This document shows positions 47,101 through 59,100 of a DNA stretch of 64,000 nt, piece after piece; within the stretch, counting starts at the first letter, position 1, and every line of letters starts with the position of its first letter. Both the position numbers and the translations under genes were made by a program. This stretch comes from Malacoraja senta (lineage: Eukaryota): positions 13,518,001-13,582,000 of the forward strand of contig CM075991.1 of the NCBI GenBank assembly GCA_038087875.1. Reading direction: 5' to 3'. The notes beneath the pieces were generated by a model. It searched no databases and was not told where the DNA came from. It worked only from the letters and a program-made list of their open reading frames with translations.

Positions 47101-50100
47101 GAATAGTTTGTGCTTACTTTATGCCACACTACAAACGTTAAAAATGGTTGAAAGGAATGGACCGAATTTCAGCTCTTACAACATCATGAGCATGATGCTC
47201 GATTATGCAGTGAGAGTACAGGGCTGATCGGAATTTTCATCCCTTTTCAACAGGTTTGCCAGACGGTTAAACAAGGCAGTGAGAAGATTGGTCCCCTCCT
47301 GTGAAGTTCGTTTCCTGCTCTCTGAAGATGGCAGTGGAAAAGGTGCTGCCATGGTAACAGCAGTGGCCCACAGGCTTGCTAAGCAACAAAAGATGAGGGA
47401 GGAGAGTCTGTCCGCATTCAAACTGAGTGAGAAGCAACTACTGGAGGTGAAGAGTAGGATGAAGTTGGAAATGGAACGGGGCCTGAAGAAAGAAACTCAC
47501 TCTACTGCAACTGTAAAAATGTTGGCAACTTATGTGCGGGCAACACCGGATGGAACAGGTACACAGTTTGAAAAGCCTGAATTCTATATTGGTTAAGTGT
47601 ACTGTCCTCAGGATTTGACCAAAGTCCAATATTTTCCCATCTTTCTGTGGGCTGTAATTGTCATAATTTGAATCACTTCAGTTTACTTGTTCCGCAAGGT
47701 TTGTAGGTTAAATGGCTTGGTATAAATGTAAAATTTGTCCCTAGTGTGCGTAGGGTAATGTAAGTGTGTGGGGATCGCTGGCCGGTGCGGATTCAATGGG
47801 CCGAAGGGCCTGTTTCTGCACTGTATCTCTAAAAGTAAATAAACTAAACTAGAAGAACAGTTGTTACATTGGCAGTGTTCCGATTCTCTTCTTCAAAATC
47901 TCTAAGGATTTTTGGAAGATTGCAACCAATGTCTAGAAACTCATGAAACATAGTGAGAGTAGTTGATTCCACCACTTCTCAGGCTGTGTATTTCAACCAT
48001 CCTCTGGGTGAAAACAATGAATTCAGATCCTTTCTAAACCTTTTACTCCTCACATTAAACCTACGCCCTCTGATTTTGCATACATGCTTAGGAGAAAGAT
48101 TCTTGTCCCCTGCCATAAAACATGGGATCAGAATTCAACCCTTCGAGTCTGCTCTGCCATTCGATCATGGCTGGTCCATTTTTCCCTGCTGCCTTTTCCC
48201 CTTAACCTTTGACTCCCTTACAAATCAAGAACCCATCAATCTCTCCTTTAAAAATACCTGATGACGTCCTCCACCACCATCTGTGTCTATGAATTCACAT
48301 ATTCACCCCTCTCTGATCAAATAAATTCCTTCTCATCTCTTTCCTCTTTCCAGAAAAGGGTGATTTCTTGGCACTGGACCTTGGGGGTACAAATTTCCGT
48401 GTGCTGCTTGTGAAGATTCGTGATGCGAACCGTCGAGTTGTGGAATTGCACAACAAGATCTACACTATTCCTAAGCATGCAATGGAAGGAACAGGGGAGG
48501 AGGTGAGCAAATCAAAAGGCCACTGTGTGTAAAAGGTACTCTGCGGATGGTGGATTTGCTGTGTGAGGGGTGATTGAGTGGACAGACTGTAGTCTCTTGA
48601 ATTTAGATGCAATTCTTGTGGGTTTGACAGGCTGTACATGGAGGGTGATTGAGGAATCTAGGAAAAGGGGCACAGTTTCTGAATCAGAGATCGTCCATTT
48701 ACGACTGAAATAAGAAGAAATGTCCATTCCAGATTGTAAAACTTTAGAATCTCTAACTCCAGGGAGATTGGAGGTTCATCAGTGTGTTCATTCAAAACAG
48801 AGATTGATGTCTTTCTGGATACCAAGGGTATTAAGGGTTATAACATATGTATTACAACACAGAGACTATTTAGCCCAGGGGTGGGGAACCTTTTCATGTT
48901 GGAATGCCGCATTAAGTTAGCTGTAATCTAATAAGGCCGCATCCAAGAAACTTCAATTAGATATATATCTTGAAAGTTGTTGAAAGAATCTATTCCTCGT
49001 GTTCTACCTGTAAGAATGCCCAAAGCGAGTAACTCTTTGTGGCAATAAAATATCCTTCATGACTTACTAATGTTTTAATTGTGGCCATCAGTCGGGGGAG
49101 ATTATTTTGTTGAATCTTCTTTTACTCTTTGGTATTTTAAATACGTTCATTTTAAGATTAAAATAAAAATAATAAAAGACGAACTAAAACATATTAATAA
49201 AAATAAAAGGATTTGTTCTACAAAATTTGGATTCATTCAAAACGCTGCAATTAAAGGTTAGGAGTGGGGGAGTAGGAGGATAGAGGGAGAGGAGGGGGCG
49301 GTAGGGAGGGAGAGGGAGGGGAAGTTGGGGAGATTGGGGAACGAGGGGGGATAGAGGGAGAGGAGGGAGAGTGGGGGGTGGGATAGGGGAGTGGTGAGTG
49401 TGGGAGCAGGGGGTTAGAGGGAGACAGGGAGGGGAGAGGGGTTATGGAGGGAGGGAGGGAGTGGGGGAGGGGAGGGAGTGCTGGGGGGTGAGGGGGAATG
49501 GAGGAGGATAGGGGTAGGAATAGGGATGGCAAGGTAATGGAGGCGGGGAGTGGGGAGAGAGAGGAGGGGAGGGAGGGGTGTGGGGAGGAAGCAGAGCAGT
49601 GTTGGTGGAGGGTGGAGGAGGGGAATAGGGGACTGAAGAGGGAGAGTGAGATGCATTCACATTGATCTCATATTTTTCAAAGTATTGCCATTTTAAACTT
49701 TAAAAACATCACAGTCGCGCTCCCACTTGCTGGCTGCACCTGTGCTGTTAGGTGAGGGTTGCCGTGACCCGCGTCACAACGGGAACCTGTCAGCCGCCCC
49801 TGCACAGTTGGGGGCTATGGGTGAGTGGTGGAATATTGCGTTGGGGGAACGGGCTTGGTCTAGTAAGTATATAAATGTAGATTGTTTATTAAGGAATTGA
49901 CCATAAGTGCATACAGATTGTAATACTTTTGGCTATTGTTTTGTTTAATAGCTCTTTGATCACATTGTTCAGTGTATTGCTGATTTCCTGAAGTATATGG
50001 GGATACAGCGCTCCAGGCTTCCACTGGGCTTCACCTTCTCTTTCCCGTGCGAGCAAAGGACCTTGGATCAGGTCAGTACTGTGGGCGGTGCACCCAGACA

Positions 50101-53100
50101 TGACTGTACAGCAGAATATTGTAGACCAAGACTAAATGGGCAAATCAACTCCCTTCGGTCCTATCAGCTGCAAATGAACCAGATAGCACAAGAGTCCTGT
50201 GCACCGAATACTTTCCTGACTTTATTCATCTATACATCTTGGTTTAAATTCAAATTTATAAATGAAAATGTCCTATTGGCATAAAGATCCTAAGTGAAAT
50301 GAATCTGAAAAATCGCAGCCTAATTAAAAGTAGTCTGTAAAGAATATTATCAGTGTTGTGCAGTTAGTGACTGCTTCAGTTCTCCATTTTGAGTGAGATC
50401 ACTAACTGTGGTACTCTGATAATATTGTTTTGCAGATTAAAATGTCCGTCAAACAAAAACACAACATCTCATTGAAAGCAAATTTCAGCTTTCTCCCATC
50501 TATATTTTGATGAAAATTTGTGTTTTTGCTTGATGGAGGCTAGTTTTTCTCTGCTTCTGATCCAAAGTTGATATGAATGTGATAGTTTGGGTGGCCAGAT
50601 AAATATCTCTCTTAACTTGTTTTGAATCATGGCCAATGTCAGAATACTCTTAGGGCTGATGATTTAATTCAAAATTATAATTTGAAGGCAATAACTTTGT
50701 TTCTAATCTGCAGAATGATAGGAGATGAGGGAAGATGGGTGAGGGCATGGATTTATCTAGATGAGAAACATGTTTGTGTGTGGCAGTGTATTCTGTGAAT
50801 CGATGGCTACCTGTGCACTAATGTTCATATGTTTACATTTTGCAGGGAATTCTTTTAAATTGGACGAAAGGATTTAAAGCTACTGGCTGTGAAGGTAAAG
50901 ATGTGGTAACCCTCCTTCGAGAAGCCATCACGAGAAGAGCGGTAAGGAAGCAGTTAGAACCTGTTGCTTTTGGCCGCTCTTTTGATCGTTGTAGTCTGAA
51001 GACCCAAGAAAGAAATTAATTTAAATACATTGCCATAAATAGGAGGAGGGGAAGACATTTCACTCCTTAGAAGCTGAGATTTGCCATTTGTTCAGCTCAA
51101 GGCTAATCATGTTGATAAGTTGTAGCAGCAGAATTAGGTAATTCGCTCCATCGTCTACTCCACCATTCAATCGCGGCTGATCTATGTTTCCCTCTCAATC
51201 CCATTCTCCTGCCTTCTCCCCTTAACCCTGATAACCAGTCAAGTGCCATCAGCATGGACTCATTTGGGCAAAGAGCATGTTTCCACGCTGTGTCTTTCAA
51301 TCACTCAGTCATTGTTAAAATTCACAATTTAACTAAATTTAACTAAAAGATCCAAGTAACAGTTTTAATTCTTGTTTCATTGGCTGGATGGATGATTGGC
51401 AAAGATCTGTAATTTTTAACGTAATAAATATATAAAAGGTTGAAAAGGAATCCCAATCTCCTCTCTGATTTTCAGTTTCTTTCTGTGCTTTTACACATTC
51501 ATCTAATGGCTGCAAGTTGTGATGCAAATAAGTTTGTTTCATGATCCCATCCAGGAGTTTGAGTTGGATGTTGTGGCAATCGTTAATGACACAGTGGGAA
51601 CAATGATGTCCTGTGGCTATGATGATCCCCTCTGTGAAGTTGGCCTCATTGTAGGTGAGTACTGGACAGGAGCAAAGCTTCCAGTTGCCGCTGTTGAAGA
51701 AACGTCAGCCACCTGACTGACAATAGACAATAGACAATATGTGTAGGAGTAGGCCATTCGGTCCATCGAGCCAGCAAGGACTAGCAAACGTTGAGCTATT
51801 TAAAGAAGTTAGTTTGTATCTTGTGCTTTCACCAATTATCTGTCCAGTGTTCTGTCAATAAATTTCTGGGAAATGTTGTGTCTCTATTCAAGATGGGCTG
51901 CAGGGAAAATGTTGGGAACTATAGGCCAGTGATCTTAACATCTGTAGTTGGAAAGTTACTAGAGGGTATTCTGAGGGATAGATATACAGGCATTTAGACA
52001 GACAAGCGCTGATTAGTGATAGTCGGCATGGTTTTGTATGTGGGAGGTCGTGCCTCACAAATCTGAGTTTTTGAAGACGTGACCAAAAGGTTGATGAGGA
52101 CAGAGCTCTAGATGTATATATATAGACTTCAGCAAAGCGTTCAATAAGGTTTCACATGGTGGGCTGCTCTGGAAGGTTAGATCGCATGGGATCCAAGGTG
52201 AGATAGTTGTATGGATAGAAAATTGGCTGACGGAAGGAAGCAGAGAGTGAAGGTTGCTTCTCGGACTGGAGGCCTGTGACAAGTGGTGTGCCTCAGGATT
52301 CGGTGCGAGGCCCATTATTGTTTGTCATTTACAGTGCCCTCCAAGATGTTTGGGACAATGACCCATCATTTATTTATTTGCCTCTGTACTCCACAATTTG
52401 AGATATGTAATAGAAAAAAAAATCACATGTGGTTAAACTGCACATTGTCAGATTTTAATAAAGGCCATTTTTATACATTTTGGTTTCACCATGTAGAAAT
52501 TACAGCAGTGTTTATACATTGTTCTCCCATTTCAGGGCACCATAATGTTTGGGACACAGCAATGTCATGTAAATGAAAGTATATTTTAAAGAAAAAACTG
52601 CAGATGCTGGAAAAATCGAAGGTAGACAAAATGCTGGAGAAACTCAGCGGGTGAGGCAGCATCTATGGAGAGAAGGAAATGGGTGATGTTTCGGGTCGAG
52701 ACTGATGTGGGGGTGGGGGGGGGGGGCGGGAAGAAGAAAGGAAGAGGCGGAGACAGTAGGCTGTGGGAGAGCTGGGAAGGGGAGGGGAAGGAGGGGGAGA
52801 AAGCAAGGACTACCTGCAATTGGAGAAGTCAATGTTCATACCGCTGGGGTGTATACTACCCAAGCGAAATATGAGGTGCTGCTCCTTCAATTTGCGGTGG
52901 GACTCATTCTGGCCATGGAGGAGGCCCAGGACAGAAAGTTCGGAATGGAAGGGGGAAGTTGAAGTGCTGAGCCACCGGGAGATCAGGTTGGTTATATGAA
53001 ATGAAATGAAAGTAAATGAAAGTAGTCATTTTTAGTATTTTGTTGCATATCCTTTGCATGCAATGACTGCTTGAAGTCTGTGATTCATGGACATCACCAG

Positions 53101-56100
53101 TTGCTGGGTGTCTTCTCTGGTGATGCTCTGCCAGGCCTGTAATACAGCCATCTTTAGCTTATGCTTGTTTTGGGGGCTAGTCCCCTTCAGTTTTCTCTTC
53201 AGCATATAAAAGGCATGCTCAATTGGATTCAGATCGGGCGATTAACTTGGCCACTCAAGAATTGACCATTTATTAGCTTTGAAAAACTCCTTGTTGCTTT
53301 AGCAGTATGTTTGGGATCATTGTCCTGCTGTAGAATGAACCGCCGGTCAATGAGTTTTGAGGCATTTGTTTGAACTTGAGCAGATAGGATGTGTCTATAC
53401 ACTTCAGAATTCATTATTCTACTACCATCAGCAGTTGTATCATCAATGAAGATAAGTGAACCAGTACCAGCAGCCATACATGCCCAGGCCATAACATCCC
53501 ACCACCGTGTTTCACAGATGAGGTGGATACTTTGGAGCAGTTCTTTCTCTCCTCCATACTTTGCTCTTGCCATCTCTATGATATGTTAATCTTCATCTCA
53601 TCTGTCCACAAGACCTTTTTCCAGAATTGTGGTTTATCTTTTAAGTACTTCTTGGCAAACTGTAACCTGGCCATCCTATTTTTGTGGCTAACCAGTGGTT
53701 TGCATCTTGCAGCGTAGCCTCTGTATTTCTGTTCATGAAGTCTTCTGCGGACAGTGGTCATTGACAAATCCACACCTGACTCCTGAAGGGTGTTTCTCTG
53801 ATCTGTCATAGAAACATAGAAAATAGGTGCAGGAGGAGGCCATTTGGCCCTTCGAGCCAGCACCGCCATTCATTGTGATCATGGCTGATCATCCCCAATC
53901 AATAACCCGTGCCTGCCTTCTCCCCATATCCCTTGATTCCACTAGCCCCTAGAGCTCTATCCAACTCTCTCTTAAATCCATCCAGTGACTTGGCCTCCAC
54001 TGCCCTCTGTGGCAGGGAATTCCACAAATTCACAACTCTCTGGGTGAAAAAGTTTTTTCTCACCTCAGTCTTAAATGGCTTCCCCTTTATTCTAAGACTG
54101 TGGCCCCTGGTTCTGGACTCGCCCAACATTGGGAACATTTTTCCTGCATCCAGCTTGTCCAGTCCTTTTATAATTTTATATGTTTCTATAAGATGTCCCC
54201 TCATCCTTCTATACTCCAGTGAATACAAGCCTAGTCTTTTCAATCTTTTCCCATATGACAGTCCCGCTATCCCAGGGATCAATCTCGTGAACCTACGCTG
54301 CACTGCCTCAATCACAAGGATGTCCTTCCTCAAATTAGGAGACCAAAACTGTACACAATACTCCAGATGTGGTCTCACCATAGCTATATACAACTGCAGA
54401 AGAACCTCTTTACACCTATACTGAAATCCTCTTGTTGTGAGGAAGGTACTATAATAACATTTAAAATATGTTTGGGAAGGTTAGGAGGGATATGGGCCAA
54501 ATGCAGGTAGGTGGGACTAGTGTAGATGGGGCATCTAGGTCGGTGTGGGCAATTTGGGCCAAAGGGCCTGTTTTCATGCTCATGAGAAGGAGGCTTAGGG
54601 TTAAGGTGAGAGGGGGAAGATTTAAAGGGGATCCGTGGGACAAAGTCTTCCCACAGTGTGTGAAATGTACAACCAGAGGAAGTGGTTGTGACTGTCGGAC
54701 AGGTGTTTGGGGATTTTTCTTTATTATAGAGAGAAATCTTCTGTCATCAGCTGTGGAGGTCTTGGCCTGCCTGTCCCTTTGCGATTAGTAAGTTCACCAA
54801 TGCTCTATTTCTTCTTAATGATGTTCCAAACAGTTGACTTTGGTAAGCCTAAGGTTTGGCTGATGACTCTTACAGTTTTATTCTTGTTTCTCAGTCTCAT
54901 AATGGCTTCTTTGACTTTCATTGGCACAACTTTGGTCCTCATGTTGATAATTGATAAACAGCAATAAAAGTTTCCAAATGTGATGGAAAGACTGGAGGAA
55001 AGTCTAGGTGCTGAGAGTTCTCTTATACCTGCATTAAGGAGGCAATTAAACACACCTGAGCAATTTAAAATACCTGTAAAGCCATGTGTCCTAAACATTA
55101 TGGTGCCCTGAAAAGGGGGGACCATGTATAAACACAGCTGTAATTTCTACATGGTGAAACCAAAATGTATAAAAATGGCCTTTAATAAAATCTGACAATG
55201 TGCACTTTAACCACATGTGATTTTTTTCTATTACATATCTCAAATTGTGCAGAGGCAAATAAATTAATCATGGGTCTTTGTCGCAAACATTATGGAGGGC
55301 ACTGTATGTCAATGATTTGGATGAGAACATAAACAGCAAGATTAGCAAGTTTGCAGATAATACAAAGGTGGGTGGTTTTGCAGATAGTGAAGATGGTTGT
55401 GAAAAATTGCAGCAGGACCTTAATTGATTGGCCAGGTGGGTTAGGAATGGTTGATGGAATTTAATACACAGAAATGTGAGGTGTTGCATTTGGGAAGTCT
55501 AACGAGGGAAGGACCTACACAATGAATGGTAGGGTCTGGGATTTTTGTAGTGCAGAGGGATCTAGGGGTGCAGGTGCATGGTTCTGAAGGTGGAGTCGCA
55601 GGTAGATAGAGTGGTCAAAGGGCTTTAGGCACATTGGTCGTCATCAGTCAGAGTATTGAGTCTAAAAGTTGGGAGGTCATGTGGCAGTTGTATAAGATGT
55701 TGGTGAGTCCGCATTTAGAGTATGGTGTTCAGTTCTGGGCAACATGTTATAGGAAAGATGTTGTCAAGCTGGAAAGAGTACAGAGAAGATTTACGAGGAT
55801 GTTGCCAGGACTAGAGGGTCTGATCTTTTGGGAGAGGTTTTTGTAGACTGGGTCTCTATTCCTGGGTGATCTTATAGAGGTATATCAAATCATGAGAGGA
55901 ATAGATCGGGTAAATGCACAGAGTATCTTGCCCAGAGTAGGTGAATCGAGGCCCAGGTGACATAGCTTTAAGGTGAAGGGGAAAAGATTTAACAGGAATT
56001 TGAGGGGTAACCTTTTCACTCAAAGGGTGGCAGGTGTATGGAGTAAGTTGTCAGAGGAGGTAGTTGAGGCAGGAACTATCTCAACATTTAAGGAACAGTT

Positions 56101-59100
56101 AGACAGGTACATGGATACAGTCTGAAGAAGGCTTTCGGCCCGAAACGTTGCCTATTTCCTTCGCTCCATAGATGCTGCTGCACCCGCTGAGTTTCTCCAG
56201 CATTTTTGTGTACATGGATAGGACAGGTTTGGTGGGATATGGACCAAATGTGGGCAGATGGGACTAGTATAGCTGGGACATGTTGGTCAGTATGGACACG
56301 TGGGCCGAAGGACCTGTTTCCACCCAGTATCACTATGTCTCTATGACTTTAAATGATGAATAGTTTATGGGAGTCATTTGCAGCCCATCTGCTCAGTATA
56401 ACAAGGAGGTGACTGAATCCAAGGTAAATACACCTGTTAAGGTTCAATAAGTGGAAGATTAGAATTCACTGATCAACAACATTTTGTACTTTAAATCAGA
56501 AATTGAGATCAGTTTTACTGTGAATCTAAAGCTGGACCATGATTCCTAATGCCCTGATCGATGCGACAAAGACAGGATTTTAAACTGCACTTGGAGAGTG
56601 GGCAATCTCAACCCAGGGAAATAAATAAACAGAGTATTAAATAATGGTGGTATATGAAACTACCAGCATGTGGTAAAAATCCCAGCTCATATTTTAGCTC
56701 GGGAAAGCTGTCATCTTTGGCTTTGTTATCATCTGAGCATTTGTGATCTATATTCTCCATTATAACAATGCCAGAATCTCTCATTTCCCCGTCTATAAAC
56801 TTTAGGTCATCCCAAACTCCATCGCCCGCATGCTGCCTTCCATCTTAGCTTGGTTCACATCATGTGATTATCCTTTTCTGCAGGAACTGGGAGTAATGCC
56901 TGTTACATGGAGGAAATGAAGAACGTGGAGATGGTTGACGGAGATGAAGGAAGGATGTGTGTTAACATGGAGTGGGGAGCATTTGGTGACAATGACTGCT
57001 TGGATGACATCAGGACTGAATTTGATCTGGAAGTGGATAAAAATTCACTCTACGCTGGGAAGCAGAGGTATTTTCCAGGCACTCAAACCTCTGTAACTGA
57101 CTGTTGGTGGTGGGACATCAGATAAACTGTAGCGCTATGAGACCAGGGACACCAGTTGCCAGGGAGTTCAGATACATGGGTTCAGGACTCTTATTTGCAT
57201 CCAATTGCTGTTGAAAAGCATGGACTATGTGTATACACATAGCTGGGTTCAGTTACCTGTGCACACATGGTGCTACTCTATGAAGAATTATTACTTGCGG
57301 TGTGGTGTTGCAAGATCACTGGAAGAAAGGAAAATGGGAAAATATTTTAAAATGGCAAACTGAGAGCTGCCTCATAGATATTGAAACCAACATGCAATTG
57401 TTGTGCTCTGGAGAGGTGAACTAATGTAAAGTACAACATTGGGTTTTTGAGTCGACTATGACCTCTGTCCATTCTAGTTCAGTTTGGTTACACTTATGTT
57501 TGAAAGTCATTTGTGAATTCACAAATTGCAGTATAACCGGGCTTAACTTCTAAACTTGATATGAGGTTGAGCATTTCTTTCATTGCTATCCTCACTCCTG
57601 ACTATGGATTATTGCTCCTGCCTTCACATTCTTCTCCTCTGGCCCCATGTTCTCTCCAGATCTATTCTCTGCTTACTTACTGTGTTACATTGTCTATCTC
57701 AATCTTCCATTGTCGTTATTCACTCCATTTCTGTCCCCTGCTCTAAACTTGAGGCAATCCTCAAACTAAGGACTGTCATCAGACCTAGGTAGACGCAACA
57801 TTTTGGAGTAACTCAGCGGGATAGGCAGCATCTCTGGTGTGAAGGAATGGATGACGTTTCGGGTCGAGACCCTTCTTCAGATAGAGCATTGCTGATGAAG
57901 CTGACCTGCTGACAAGGGCGATACTGGTGTTGTTTAGCAAGTTGACCCTTGGTTTACAGAAGTTGGATGTTAGTTCACAGGCAGGGTATTGGAAATGCTT
58001 GTTACAGGCAATGGACTACACTTTTTCAATGGTATTTGTGTAAATTCTCTTTCATGGAGATATCTGATTTTGATTGTTCTCCAGATTTGAAAAGATGATC
58101 AGTGGGATGTATTTGGGAGAGATTGTCCGGAACATCCTAATCAAATTCACAAAGCAAGGTCTGCTGTTTCGAGGGAAGATCTCAGAAAGGCTCAAGACGC
58201 AAGGCATTTTTGAAACCAAATTCTTGTCTCAGATTGAGAGGTATGCTATATGTGAACAGTTGTATCATTGTCAATAAATGTACCGTTGCCAATTCACCAT
58301 GAGTTGTACAATTCCTAGAACCCAGTCATGAAGACACTGTCTCTGCATAGCAGATGGTGCTTTGAAGAAACTAGATGAGGGGCAGCAGAATGGACAAGTG
58401 GATGGTACATATATCATAACCCGGTTGGACTTTTAACAGTTAGTCACACGACTCTTCCCAAATCCGATGTCAATCCTTACACCCTGCCCCCCCACACCCC
58501 ACTCCCAGTCCGAGACTGATGTTTACACCTAGAATAAGCTTATCTCTCGTCATAACTGTAATTGTCCTACCCTGGTACATCTGTGTAAGATTCCCTTGTA
58601 CTTTTTGTACCTCTATTAACGCCTTCCTGAAGCCTGACCAGAATATATCCACTGCTTTAGCTGTGGCCTAACTAGTGCTTTATACAGAACGTGCACAACT
58701 CCTGCTTGTTTTACACTTGATCCCTTTCTGTCAGACCTGCCATCTTCAACAATGTGTGGACATGCGCTCCAAGGCCCCTCTGCACATCTTGCAAGCTTAC
58801 CATTTATTGTGCATGGCTGTTCCTTGTTTACTCTTCCCAAATGTGTTACCTTGTTTTACGTATATTTCCTCACAAAATAGAAAAAGCTCTTATTTATATT
58901 TAGAACATTCTGAACAAACTGGACAAAATAAATGCTGGGATTATTCCCTTTTGTGGAGGAGTATAAAACCAAAGGGAATAATCACAGAATAATGTGGTGC
59001 CTATTTGGCACTGAGATAAGGAAACATTTCTTCTCTTTTTATATTTATTTGTGCCACCAAGCTGTGGAGACTGAATCCTTGAATGTATTCAGGGTCAAAT

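Larger units (their letters stand above)
52332..55304 (-). mobile_element. Tc1/mariner DNA transposon, IR/DR type, with a disrupted transposase
   Basis: TA TSD at 52330-52331 and 55305-55306; ~225-bp TIRs starting CAGTGCCCTCCA with an internal direct repeat (ATGTTTGGGACA); transposase pieces [22 protein letters not shown]...RCKPL...[16 protein letters not shown]. Confidence 0.95.
51870..56346 (+). mobile_element. CR1 LINE (RT region to 3' UTR), interrupted by a Tc1 and a mini-PLE
   Basis: [17 protein letters not shown] (ORF 51791); [11 protein letters not shown] is restored by removing the Tc1; [13 protein letters not shown]1 tail at about 56330-56346. Confidence 0.88.
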
